Assembly: GCA_976226885.1 (NCBI GenBank)
Contig: OZ320319.1
Location: 29,326,001-29,390,000 of the forward strand
Source: Iphione sp. A-MEVVRFRX5
Taxonomy: Eukaryota
Length of the DNA: 64,000 nt
Reading direction: 5' to 3'
In this document: positions 27,701-42,100 of the stretch, one piece after another
Layout: each line of letters starts with the position of its first letter
How positions within the stretch are numbered: the first letter of the stretch is position 1
Notes under the pieces: model-generated
The model's input: the letters and a program-made list of their open reading frames with translations, nothing else
Databases searched by the model: none
Told to the model about the DNA's origin: nothing
Program-made: the position numbers and the translations under genes

Positions 27701-30700
27701 AAATCTCATTTAACTAAATTTAAAATGTCAAACCAGGACGAATTCTATAAAATAGGCTAAATAGATTTTTGGCTAGTTTCGTACGTTTATACAAAGTGCA
27801 GTCCAATTACCCTATCTAATTGACCAATACCTCTACAATTAAAAGGCACTAAATATTATCAGGTAAAAATGACACTAATCTCAGCGGGTGAGAGATCCGA
27901 CTTATGTCACTGCCAATTAAAACGATTATGTCTCTGCTTCTCTAGCTTTGACTTTATAGATGTATAGAACAATAGCCCAGTGCGTCAGCCAAATGTGTGA
28001 CCGAAGAAAATATATTTATTTATTTCAATCTTTATTTATACTGGCAATAAGTATACAATAATATATTCGTAGCCAGAATTCAGTACATACAAATTATAAT
28101 GAAATTTATCAATTTCAATCGTAAATGCACTGATATAAATTAGTAATACAATTGATACAAATAATGAGTATATTGAGAAGTCATGTTACCAGCGTTTAGT
28201 AAGATACTTTTGGACTGGCAGAGATGAATGGGTTGTCGCATGAGTTGGCTATGATGCACGTTGCCAATACATGTAGTTCGAGTTGTTTGTGCAAGTTGTT
28301 TTGATGCACTTTGATATCAGATAACATTACCCTCTTCAATTTCAGGTGGCTGAAGTATGAAGAGAAAGTGGAGGCTGGCGACCGTTGGTCCAAGCCCCAC
28401 GTCGCGACCACCTCACTCCACGCCCTCTTTGAGGTTCGTAAAGGCATAGCTGAGCACACCGTCGTTCTGGACCTGGAAGCTCCCCATGGCTGCTTGCACC
28501 AGGTGGCAGGTAGGTGTGCCTGTTAGAGTAAAAAGTATCCTGTCTTGAATGCCCATATATGGCGTGTTCCAGCCGAATATTGCTGACACTTGGCGGGTGC
28601 TCCTGAAGCATCATATGTATAGGTTCTCCTGGAATATACGTTTTCAGTTTACACGGAGCAGTCTTGCAGCTGCTGTCCTGATACGACTGCTTGCTAAGAC
28701 ATGAAGTTAAATGCTCATAAATGCTTAAACCATCCCTCTAAATGAATTACATTTCAGGAGAAACCCCGCTGCTTTTGTACTTAGCGCTGAATTACATGGA
28801 AGTGACATGTTCGTTGAGTTGTGCTTCACTGCATGTATGTTTTTGATGTCGAATGATCGTCGTAAAAAAATTCCACAAGGCCTAAAACGTTAGCACTTTG
28901 TACCTCTCCATCTTTAGGTGCTCCTGAATAGGTACCCACCTGAACCTTACTGAATACATAACAATTCCTGCTGTTTTGATAGAATAAGGCATGGCTTTCA
29001 AGTCAAACACTTATCTTGACAGCTACGAATGAACGGAATGCTCCCGAAGTTCTGATTTCTTCGGAGAAAGAAAATGACAGTCACCCTAGGAAACTATATG
29101 GTAATGTTTCCTATATCGAATTCCAGTCAGCTATAGCTTCTTTTTTTAATAAAAAACCATCCACTATGTCACTAAGGAAAGAGGGATCTTCTTTTGTTAA
29201 TCCACCTTACATTAGGGAAGCTACACATATTGTTCCGTGCTCCTTATTGGCTTTGACATACAAGCTACGTCAGTGTAAGCATAAGCGTATTTGTAGGCGA
29301 ACTTCCAATTTCCACGATTTTATTTCTCGTTAGCTTTTTTAAGACAATAATTTTGTAAAGACTCTGAGAGTAAGCTGTGTTTCCATGAATGCAGTGTGTC
29401 TGTGTGTGCGTGTGCGTGTGAGGGTTGCATGCATGCAGAAAGTATATTAGTATTGGATCGACTAATCTATTTCCTTGCATCCAGTGTGTGTATGGATACC
29501 TTTGGTGTTTCTTTTGTCTTCTGTCTAAAAATTGCACACTGCAACAAGATATTGTTGTATGAAATTCAGTATGATATGTAAGTCAGATTCATGGGCAGGC
29601 CAAGGCTAAGAGATATACAGTTGAAACCATATTTGCGACCTCCACTTAGTACCAAGCTCAAATGGTCAGATTGGCAAATTTGGTTCCAAATACAGTATCA
29701 AATATATAGAAATCTACATGTCTGTACCCATCTCAGGTGATCAAATAGAGAATGGCTGCATATTGATGTCGTCGCAGATAGAGTTTTGACTGTATGTAGA
29801 AAACATCAGTTGAGTTTGCATATTATTGACATTAAAACGACACACACTTTACAGAGGAATGGCTCAGCTTCGAGAAATTGACACAAGACTGTCCAATTTA
29901 CACGGTTTTGTCTGAGTTTCAAACAACCACAATTATAGCTCAATTTCAAGAAATCTACACTAAACGCTTTTCATCTTTCCATAGTTATGGCTCAGTTTGA
30001 CACATACATACAAGTAACATTTTATATACACACTCAGGGTCATACAGGGATAGGCAGATGTAGTCTACATGTACTTAATAACTGATTACTTTAACCTTTC
30101 TCTATCAAACCAAATTTTATTTTACTTCCTATTGATATGCCAATATGTTACAATGATACTATGTACTGATCTCTCTATCATTAACAATGCCCTTAAGGGG
30201 CGATGATTGGAGAAAATAAATTCTTTTTGAATTGAATTAAATTGAATTGAATTTGATCGATACACAGGGATACGTATACACCAAAGGAAACACCTCATGC
30301 AGTAATTTGGGGAAAAGACTCATTCTTTCCCGTACACTTTCTGCACGCAGGCACGAAACTTGCATTCATAGAATCACGGCATATACTCGAATGACAATTC
30401 GAGGAAGGAGAAACAAATAAAGTAAATTTATTTGTGAAGAATACTTAGGATTTTGAAATAAAAGACTGAATTCGGAGATGTTTTAAAATCGTACAATTAT
30501 TTTTTAAAAAACATTTATACGTAACACTGAATCGTGGGAGAAAGAAATAGATTTAAAATAAGCATCATCCTGGCAGTTTAACTCACCTTTTAAGTTTTTC
30601 TTTTGTATCAAACTTTTCCTCACCGCAAGCAAAACATAATGGATCGTTTATGACATTCCAAGCACCGCAATGATGCTTACTTCACAAGTACACTTTTCAC

Positions 30701-33073
30701 CCCTGCTAAAAGCTCGTACAAATTTCCCCTTTTACTCCTGCATTAGAATAGTTAAGTGTGTTCTTTTAAAAAGCCACTGACACTGCCACAATCTACGAAG
30801 ATTCTAACGCAAATATATCTCTGATCTTGATGGCCCAGAGCAGCAATCTCGGAATAATTTCTGATAATTTTGCATCACTATTGTCTGACTAAGTAACAGT
30901 TTACCATATCGCAACAGCAACTTTACGCAACACATCTAATTAATCACGATTTTCGGATCAAAGTAACGATGCACCTTCCTTCAGTTAGTTTTTTTTCTTT
31001 TAACTCATTATTTGCTTCAGGAAGAACAGACGTCCTTATATAAGTCTGTGCTATACGTATTTTATTCAGTTGAATGACGTATACTCAAATATCTTTATGT
31101 ATTTAACTATCATAGCTTAGCAACATTGATTGTTGACCCTGGTGACTATTGGTACAGCCAATGAGCTTGAATCTCACTTTATATAAATATGCAATATGTA
31201 AATTACATAGTTATATATACACGTATGCGTGTCATACCTAAACATATTCACATGACTGTTTTACAACCGTTGTTTCAGCCAGAAAATCAGGGAAATTTTG
31301 ATTTTTATTTATTTGAACCATCACTGAATACTAACTTTTCTTTACATTTAAAATGTCTAAAAGGTTTGATGTATATCATGTATTTTTGCCATGGCCATTT
31401 ATGGCAACAAATGTATCATTATCATAAAGGACCTTCTGTAATCTAGCAGGTCAATACCTCATGTGTTCACTTTATTTTGCATGGTCTGACTAATGAATGG
31501 CTGGTTCTGTCCAAGACTGCCCTGATCTGTGAGGGCAACTTATGCCTTATGATTTTGTTTCTTTTTGTATTAATCATGCTGCCTTTATAGTTGTGATCTG
31601 CTGCATGTATAATTGCTACATTTGACTTCATTTTTACTGCTCAGTTTTGTTCTTTTAATCTTGAAAATCTCTGTATGTGTATAGAGAAGATTAATGAAAA
31701 GAATTGAATAGAATACAAGAAAATTCAAATATGTTTGACTCCATAAGTCTGTTCATTTTGTTACAAATAGCAGAAAAGAAGCATTTAAGTAGTTCAGGGA
31801 TGAGGCTTTCGTACCTAAAAGATTAAATTGTCATTCTGGTAACAGACTTTCCCTAATAAGTATAGTGATGCTAGCAGTGGGCCCAGGTGCCAGGGAAATG
31901 AGTAATAATTAGCTTTATTTTTCATCATAATTATATTTGTAGATTTTATGTATGCCATTAATGGTTTTACCTTCATGGCCTATCTTTTCTTAAATGTTGG
32001 CATTGAACAGATTACCCCAAATAACAAAATTTGTAAGCGCTGATGTAAAAGGTAGTAGACAAGGTCTTTGACAAATCTGGTTCCCTTTTTTGTTGAACTA
32101 TTCCTGCTAGACACTTTAGCTTTAGGCCTTTTTATATTACAGCATCACGCGGTCAATATGAGAAGAATTTAAGCAATTGTTTGTAGTAAGTTGTTACAGT
32201 CAAATCTCTTTATATGCAGATTTTTGTCCAGATTTACATCCCTATCCGGCTGGATTTTCAAGAGATAGATTATGATATTTTTCTACTTTTATGTTTTCTT
32301 TATTCAGCCTATTCCTCATCCGGATAAAATATCACGAAACAGGGAGGATCTGTACAGTAGTACGTGACTGTATTTAGGGATCTCTCTGTACGTAGTAGAA
32401 CTGTATTGATACATATATACATCTTGCTAAGCTGCACTTTTGAGACTTACCGATCGTTATTGCCACATTTGGGTTTTGTTCTTCATGTTTATATTAATTT
32501 TTTGTCACATTATTTAGAATAAATGGTTGCATTTTTTCAGTGATATTTCACTACCTCTATATATCTACAACCATTTAACATTTATTAAATGCCCGATTTA
32601 GTAGACACACATTTATAACAACAATAGTATTGTATGACTTATCCCACAAGTGGATAGGAAATATAAGGTTTGTTTTTAGCATATGTACGAAAGAAGAGAA
32701 AAATATTTTTAGAATTTCTGCGACATTTTGGGACGAAACACTCAGAAAAGAATATGGTGATTTCATAGGATATTTGGTATCATAAAAAAAAGTTGTCGAC
32801 ATTGCCCCACTTGAACTTTAGAATTGAGCGTCAGACTTCTAGGTTTGTCTGACAAAGTGTATTTCCCTATTCAGAACTAAAAATCTTGGCCTCCAAGTCA
32901 GTTAGTCTCATTGTGACGCTACTTGCTTAAATAAGCTAAATTTTACCTTGAAATAATAAGAACTCGTCAGGTTTTGAACATTTGAGACTCTACTTGTCAT
33001 TAGCTTCCGAATGAAGTAGTTCTTTATTAGATGAATTACTAGTGTAAGAGTAGTATGTGAAAGCTTATATCAT

Positions 33074-33115
<42 letters not shown>

Positions 33116-36100
33116 GCATGATTGTTTGATTCGTATTATATATGGTATTTGAAATTTGTTGTGAAATAATTATGGAAAGCGTTCTTCCCCGGGATCTACC
33201 TCATTCAGTTAAAAGCACCTCAAGCGAGTCTCTCATTCCCCTGCCTACACCCGCAGTTCTGGAGGTTCAACTGGAGTTTTTGGTGGACCTAGACAAACAC
33301 CTACAGTAGAAAGCCACCTAAGGGACATGTCTCCAGTAGGGATAAGCCTCTAATAGGGACACCAATGTAAAGAACAGATTCTACTTTCCCTATACGAAAG
33401 AAAGTCTCTAGAAGGTACATCTCTCAACAAGGGACAGCTTGAGAAAGATGTCTCGATAAGATACTTCATATCACTCATGGCAATATGATAGGCATTATTG
33501 GAGTACACTTTGTACAATATATAGAAAATATAAACAGGAAATAAATAATGCCACATTTACTCTTTCAGATACCCACATCTTTACAGGTTTGAGGTTCTCT
33601 TTATCGACCATGTAAGACAAAAAATATTACGTACATGCATAATTTTCTCACCTGCAGAAAATCTGACTTCGGCAATCTCAAACGATAAGGGATTTACTGA
33701 GACCCAGCGTCAGCAAATACTCGAGATATTGCTGAAGCCACATAAGCACAAGCACCGAAAAGGACAGAAACCTAAGGCAGAAACCTCATTCTTAGAGTCT
33801 CTCATTTATCCGTCTGCCGAATCAACCCCTCTGAAAGACGCCAACGGAAAGTCTGACATCGGCAACAAAAATCGTTCTGAGGGTTCAGAAAATGGAGCAC
33901 CCAAGCCGGCTTCCAGATGTAAGAAACATTAGCTATCAGCATCGCAAGTTTTAATCGGCGAGAATTCTAATGCAACCCAACAAAAAAAGGTAACAATCAC
34001 ATGTATAGTTTTTCGATGCAAAACGGATGTGTCTATACGTTTCTTGGTCCAGTGCAACAATCTAAGGATTTTAATATTATTTTAACCTAACTAATATACA
34101 GCTATATTTTCCTGTTCAGCCACAAGTACAATCATTCGCTGGGCATTGCTCGCTTATCTTTGTTGTAGTTTCTAAATACTTCAAGAAGCCAAAGATGCAA
34201 CGTCTGCCTAGCACGACTCACGAAATCTCCGCGCTCTACCATACCTATCCAGGTGGCATCCTTCCAGAGAACCTCCTCCCGTACAAGGTACTTAGCAAGT
34301 AGAAGCAGTTCCATTAGTAAAGTGCAGGATATAATGTGAATCCAAATGTCTTCAGACTAGAAGTCTAGTAAATTTTATCTTTTAACTCAGAAAACATTTA
34401 TCGGAAATGTATTGGGAAGGTTCTAGACGGGCTTTTAAAAAAGTGAACAACTGACGTAAATACATGCGAAACTTCTACATGCAATAAAGAAATTCTACTT
34501 ATTTTCTTTCAAGCCAAACAAAAGGTTGATGCGTAAGATACCTGGTGGTTCTGAAGCAGCCAATATCCTCATTGGCCAGGTAAATAAGATTATTTTTACT
34601 CCAAAAGCATGTGCAGTTTATACAGTTTCGTGGGAAAGGATGCGTCCCGTGTCCTCTCTTTCAAGCTAAAATATCACAATAAATAAACATATCTTAATTG
34701 GTCTCATTATAATTGCCCCTGTGTTGAAACAGTGCATGACGGATTTGTTTTATCATTGTCTCTTGCTTGAATAGATCTCTAAAATTGTTCAAATATACAA
34801 ATCTTCAAAGTAGGCTTTTTATTGCACTTTGATAAATAACTATAAATCTAATCAGAAGAGTATACAGTATTCTGCTCCATCCATAAAATTCCATGTGTAA
34901 TAGACAACGGATATCATGACAGTGCAAATTAGGTTTAAGTTGACAAGTGACAAGTGATGTATTTTTGATAAAACAGTTCAAATTTTGAAATACTATGGTT
35001 ATCTTAGATACATAATAATATACATGTGGTCCAACGGTTCTTAATATTAAAAGAGAATTACCACTCCATGACAGTATTGTGAAGTGTACCACTGCAAGCT
35101 TCAGTGTAGGTCTCGTTCACTTCTTCTATACCTACAGCAGTATGCAGTAGACAACTCTGTATTCCTGTCTCTCGACAGAGGGTGAGAAATAATGTACATG
35201 TACTCCATGAGCATGAACAAAAGCAATGACCTGATTCACTGGGTATCAAGCAGGCAGTTAATAACTTCCTCTTCGCCAGGTGGACTTCCTCGAAGAACCG
35301 GTGATGGCCTTCGCTCGTTTGTCGAAGTGCGCCATCCTTGCCGACCTGACCGAGGTGGCAATCCCGACCCGCTTCATCTTCCTCGTGCTCGGGCCGCCCA
35401 CCTCCTCCACGGTGTGGGAGTACGAGGAGGTGGGACGTGGTATGGCCGCCTTACTGAGCGACCGGGTAAGAAACGCACCTTCGCACACTAAAGTTTCGTG
35501 CACTTACAACGTGTATTTATGTACAATGTTTATTTATGCACATGTTTCAAAGTAACTCCATTTATTTGGCATTACTCCACATATGACAAGGTGTAATTGT
35601 TGATGACCTAATATATGTCTAGGAAAATTCTACTTGATTCGTATGTAGTAAACCTTGCCCGTGTCACTTGGTACTTCAGGTGTTTTGCGAAGTAGCCTAC
35701 AAATCAACAGCCCGCCAGGACCTCGTGGACGGCGTCGACGAGTTCATTGATGACCTGACGGTGCTGCCCCCTAGTATCTGGGATCCAACGACTCGACTTG
35801 AGCCACCCGAGAAGACCATGTCAATGGTATACTGGTTGTATCCACCTATTTCAATTGCTTAAAATACATGTATCGTGAATACAAGGTGGACAACATAATT
35901 CGTCTGTGTATGTAATATGAGCTTTGACTCTTGTACCTTGTCATTAATATATATATTTTCGATAAATAAAGATGGTAAGTCTCATTAAAAAATCATTCTC
36001 TTTCTGGATTTAGGATAAGATTCGACGTCGTCTGCTGGACTCATCCAGGCACGCCGCCGAACCAGAAGCCTATCACTTTGCCGAAAGCGCCGTTGAAGAT

Positions 36101-39100
36101 GATTCCTTGAGGAGAACCGGAAGGTACTCGAACATAGAAGTTTCTAGTTACGTCATCAACGAAATGTCTATGTTTCCGGTAACCCGACCGACCCTACTTT
36201 GTAACCAATTGTGACTTTCTATTTTTTATTGCTTTATGGATATATTCAGAATGAAAAATGAGAGAGACTAGAGACTCATGCCATACATCATTGTGTTTCT
36301 TACATCTTTAGCTCCATATGATACTGGTTTCCTTAAGCTATAAGCAGTCGAAATGGTATTACCATATACATTTGTTGCGTTCAGGATCCATCAATATTGA
36401 AAAACGAAAAACAAACTACCTATCGACCCTATATTTCTCAGCAAGTTACAAGAAACACAGATATTTTTTAGGTCTTGGCATCTATTGAATGGACAGAATA
36501 AATATCAATCGAGCACCACCTAGAACGGTTATGTGATCCTATGAGCTGTACTGTCACATTTCCGCTGAATATTTTCTTCTTCACGCTTTATTGTGGCTCT
36601 TCCGCGTGAGATTTTATACCATCTGTTTTGTTTTTGCTCGTTCATTGTACTTCAGGCTGTTTGGGGGCTTGATTGCCGACGTGAAGCGTCGAGCACAGTG
36701 GTATCTGTCCGATTATGTGGACGGCTTTCACATGCAGTGTCTCGCATCTATCGTTTTCCTGTACTTCGCCTGCATCACACCTATCGTCACCTTTGGTGGA
36801 CTTCTTGGGCAGCATACTAATGGAGAAATGGTACTGAACCGCAGAGTGACAGAGCATCCTCATCATGCGACATGAAGTTCACACTGAGATCAGGCACAGA
36901 AAGAACTAAAGAAGTAGTGTTCAGGGCCTGTATCATATGGTGTATCGAAACACCCTGAAAAAGTTTTCAGTGCAATTTCAGTTGTACAGTTGTCCTAATT
37001 CTCACGAGTTACTGATAAGTAAGTCAACGGTAAATGAATGGCTTAAAATTGCAAGTCTTTATCTGGACCTCTATGGCACCTAGATGCCTCTTAATTCACA
37101 CTTACATAATTGATGGTTTCGTTTATAGTTCTTACAGAAATGGGATTAAAGGATAAGTGCAGTCATCCATGACTGGTAGAGAACGAAACTAATAAGTTAT
37201 AGTCTTAGCGGGTTATTTTAGTCAAAACAAGAAGGCAGCGACTTTGATTTCGGTGTGTCATACCTACAGAATTATCTGGATGCATAGAAAACTTCATTTA
37301 TCATGATGATATGCTGTCAAAATTCATTCCATGATAATATTATCTTATCGGTACTTTATACACATACATATATACACGTGCATTTTTGCATGCTGATTCA
37401 GGCATATTCTGTATAATGCGGTGTTGATTAGCCTTAATATATTTATAACTCTGTGATAACCATTAATCAATTTTGTTCCACTGTATTTCGATAGGGTACT
37501 ATCGAAACGCTACTGGCTGGCTGTATTTGCGGAATAATATATGCACTCTTCAGTGGACAACCCCTGGTCATCGTTGGAGCGACTGGACCATTACTTATAT
37601 TTGAGTCCATTCTCTACCACTTTTGCCAGTGAGTATCCCCTATACTAGATAGAAATTAACACGTACTATGCTATTCGATTGCCTATCTATCAAAGAAGTA
37701 TGGCTTGCCACGCATACTGGCAAAAGGGAGCACCGCCGGTTGCGTTGTTTGATAAATATCAGGAAATACGGAGTAGCTTCCTCCATTGAAAATAAACTAT
37801 TTTTTGCTAACCTACTTCAAAGCTATAAAACTGCAACAGGAATCACAAAGCGTCCAAGCCCAATAGACATGACTAGACAACTGCAGCCTAAAACAGACTC
37901 TGTCTCCGCTCTGGCTCCCATGTCCAGTCCTCCTTGCTGGAGCCTATTTTCGATCGGGGAGAAGAATACACGTGTTCTGGGTTCGGGAAGTGCGTACTCT
38001 GCTCCTGAATGTTCCTACAACTCTGCATGTGACCTATGTAGACCTCATGGGTGCAAATGAGCAGAAGCTTCCCCAGCAGTGAACCGATACCCTTATTACC
38101 CTTGCAATGACGCTGCCAGGTGAGCTGCTCTGATGACCTGTTATTCAATCACGTATTAGCGGCTTTGCTTTATCATGTCGTTGTTTAGCGTGACAGAGCT
38201 ACAGATAGTACGTACCGAGCGAGCCCACTCACAGGGCCTGGCGTTTCTAGACATACATCTGCCTGCCCCCCCCCCACCATGTTTTACGACGAGACACCGT
38301 GCGATCTAGCGCAGAATCTCAAACAAACTACTGGGTGAGCGACTACTACAAACTTGCCTGAAGCTACTTCAACCGATTTGTGGATTGACAGAAGTCACAC
38401 GACGAGTTGGCGGTGCCCTACATCACCGGTATACAAGAGAGAAGGCTCACAACTCCAATGCGGCCGCAAGTCAGGCTCTGGTTAACCTGTGAAGGAGCAA
38501 GGGCTATCGAGGTGTGTGTGTGTATGTGTGTGTGTATGGGGGGAGTGTGGGGCTTTCGTTCGCTCGGTAGAATATCTACATGAGGACGAGCTGTATTCCG
38601 TCCTAACAAAGGCACGTCTTGGGGGCAAACATAATATATCCGCCACCAAAACGACGATTTCAATTTAGAATAATGAAGCTAGTAAAGGTTAGAATGCGAT
38701 TCCTTCAAATCTTTGCATTTTCCGGGAATGATTCGACAAGCGTATTCCAATCTAACATTTGCGCAAGCACAGCATGCTGACATACATCACTGAAGATGAA
38801 CACTGTTGAAGGAGACCCAATACAGGATCGTGAACCCTTGACGCTATGAATAGCCTGCGAGTCGAGATTATTGCCGAGGTAGAATGTTGGCACAAACCTC
38901 CCTGTAGAAATCAGCTCATCTGAGGTCTCACCCACCCCGTCCGCAGCACACGAACTTACCTCTCCAGCCAATACACAGGGTACATGTACATGCCATTCTC
39001 TCAAGAGCCAACAACAACACGTCCCAGCCGACGAAAGGCCCACACTGACGTCCATACAATTATGTGGGCGTGCGGTTGGTGCAGGATTCATTGACTAAAG

Positions 39101-42100
39101 CACATTCACTGGTCAGTGCGCTAGACACGTCACGGATGCCCCCTAATTAAGGCATCAGAGAATGGTAGAGAGCTAACACCGAACTGATTAGTTAAATTAC
39201 CATGTCGGTAACTCCACCTAAGGTTTGAGCGTGATAACAACAGCTAGCTACACATTTTCTCATGAAGCGCCCATAGCTATCTTAATTCAGTGCTAAACAT
39301 TGTTAACCTGGATACTTCAATGCCGAAGGTCATTAATGAATGATACACGTCTTTATGATGGATTGTTGATAGTGACCAGTTCTTGGGGAATTGTTGTGCT
39401 GTATTTTCATTTCTTGGTTATTCATTTTACATAGGGAGCGTTAGCCCTCTGCAACCCAGTGGACTTCAACTGGCCCTGCCATCGGGGACGGGGCGCTCTG
39501 TGCGATACAAACTGATATTTTGAGTTACGCCCAGTTTCCATATCTGCGTTGGTGTGTGCATTTGTGTGTGTTTGTGTGCATTTGTATTGAATCAATAGCT
39601 AACAATGTAAGGTGTTCCATACCTGCTGGAGCTGTGGATGTGCATTGCTGTCTAGTGCTGTCTAGTGCCCGTTCTCAGTCCCTGCCCGATCATTTCGGCA
39701 CATATGCACACAAACGCACAATGGTATATTACGGATTATCTTTGAATCAGGTGAAAATAAGTTTTCAGCTGAATAGACACTGTCTATAGACACTGTCTAT
39801 CATATGATAAATGATATGAAATATGATCTAATTTGCATATCATTTGCATAAAAAGCTCACAACTTACACAGATTTAAGCATAATTCATTCTTATCAACAC
39901 AAAAAATGCCATTTACACAGATTCGAGAAGAACTTATTCTGATCAGCACCCAAAATGCCACTTATACAGATTTGAGAGGAATTTCTTCTGATAAGTACTA
40001 TACCTTACTCACTCTGCTCACACCCTTTCTCTCACACACAAATGCACTGTGAACACTGACACCCCTGTGCATGATTCTGCGGGAGAACAGAAACACATAC
40101 AGTAGAGTCTTTATTTACGACCACATTGATTTCCGACTCTTCTGCCTACTCAACCACCTGAAGTAGGAACCAAAGTATTGATTTCTATATTTACCTTAAT
40201 CAATTTCCGAGCAAACTTGCTATACCAACCATTTGAGGTGGGACCCGACCACTGGTCGGAAATAGAGACTCAACTGTACAACTGCACCTGCACTTCTGCA
40301 CTTCACCGCCCTTCTCTGCAGGTATGGAAACTGGGCCTTAAAGAGGAAAACGTAGCTGAACTGAGAAAATGTTGAGGGAAAGCTGAAGAAAGGTGAATTA
40401 GGGTCAAAAGCAAATATAGATTCGGCCCATTTGAATATACATAGGACATATGTACAACTAGAAAAAGCATTATAAACGACACTGCATACGTGAATGTTTA
40501 CTATGATGATCAAGGAGAAGTATTAAATGTTTATTTGTCTCCACGGAAGAGTTGTTCAACGTGTTATGTTGTTCTCTGGCAGTGATAACAACCTGACGTA
40601 CCTACCGTTCCGGTTCTGGATAGGAATATGGACCACACTCCTGCTACTTCTCGTCGTGGCCTTCGACCTAAGTGCCCTCGTGCGCTACGTCACCCGCTTC
40701 ACGGAGGAGAGCTTTGGTGTGCTGATCTCCCTCATCTTCATCTACGAGGCATTTGTCAAGCTAATCAAAGTGTGGGATACACACCCTATTCACCTCCATG
40801 CAGTCGACGAGGGCGACCTCTATAACGTGCGTGCAAAGCATGGCGGTTAACGAATGATACGACCAGTTTTAATCGCTCTTTTTTTGCAAAATCCATATGT
40901 ACTAAATGTAGAGTGATTGGCGGTCTAGCAACACTCTCTGAAGATATATATCCAAGCAGTGTAAGACATCCTGGTTAAGTGATATTTCTTAACTATGATT
41001 TTATTCGATATAACTTTGTAAAATACATACAATGTTGATATCACTGAAAGGCGCACAGGCATTCACTTTGTAAAACACATCTGATTGTTGACCATCTGTA
41101 TATTGTATGCATCATTTTCACAGTGTCACTGCGAGCATCCGCCGACAATCAACGTAACAACTACGGCCAACGTGTCGGCCGTGGTCAACATGACATCCTT
41201 AAATGAAACCGGAGAGTACCGCACCCAAGATCACCCCATATTTGAAACGCTTGACTGGTCGCACCTTGTCAGAGAGGACTGTATCACGTACCAGGTACTA
41301 TTTTGAGACATCCCATCGTTGCCACATCCAGATTCAACTCATTAGAGACCACACATAGAAAAATCAGCAATATTTGGTGAATACCTTGAACAGCTGTATT
41401 ATTAAGAAAACTACTTCTTATTACCGTTTGGGGAGATTAAACAAGACTGCATGAAACTGTTTATCAACATTTAAATAAAAAATATTATCACTGAATATTG
41501 GTAACATAACCTTTGGAAAATTACAAATCTGTCCAAATAATACTAATACTATGAGCTAAACATGCCCTAGCTATAGGTAATTGCTCAAAATATATGCATA
41601 ACTTCCTAATTCAGACACATTATTACCCTAAGCCGAAGCACGTAATGTATAATTTCATCACATATAGACTCTTTAAAATTTTTATTTCCATCATACTGAT
41701 TCAAGTTGGTAGTATCAATTACTTAAATCGGTCGTTTCACATCATTTAGAGGCAAATACATGTGCAGAAGGATGATGTCATTCTAATAGGCCTATATACT
41801 GTTTAGTCCATACATTTTTCTTATATGATTCCTTCTATCAAATCAGTACATGAAAACAATATTTTTGTTAAATTGGAATGCATAAAAAACAAAATTATAT
41901 GTTAAGTTCTATGTTAATGACTATTGTAATCTCTCTAAAGTTGCTATTGCTGCGTTAGTGCCAATGATGCTACCTTTGGGTAATGCCGTCTTTCTATGTG
42001 CACGGAAATTACCTCCGGACCCCAGACTGCATAATACAGAAAAGAACGATTCTATGATAGACTACAGGGTTGTTTCCATGTGTACAGTCAACCTCCATAA

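Noticed and set aside
29023-29100. 78-nt symmetric phase-1 candidate cassette exon ([10 protein letters not shown]...KLY)
   Set aside because: The donor is only moderate (GTAATG), and it would insert into a conserved helix of the cytoplasmic domain; likely chance unless reads support it.
38705-39091. 128-aa - strand ORF, considered as a LINE 3' fragment
   Set aside because: Only a vague resemblance (LDWNTL); no RT motifs.
39853-39998. 49-bp periodic repeat considered as a CRISPR array
   Set aside because: The whole unit is degenerate with no unique spacers, there are no cas genes, and it lies in a eukaryotic intron.
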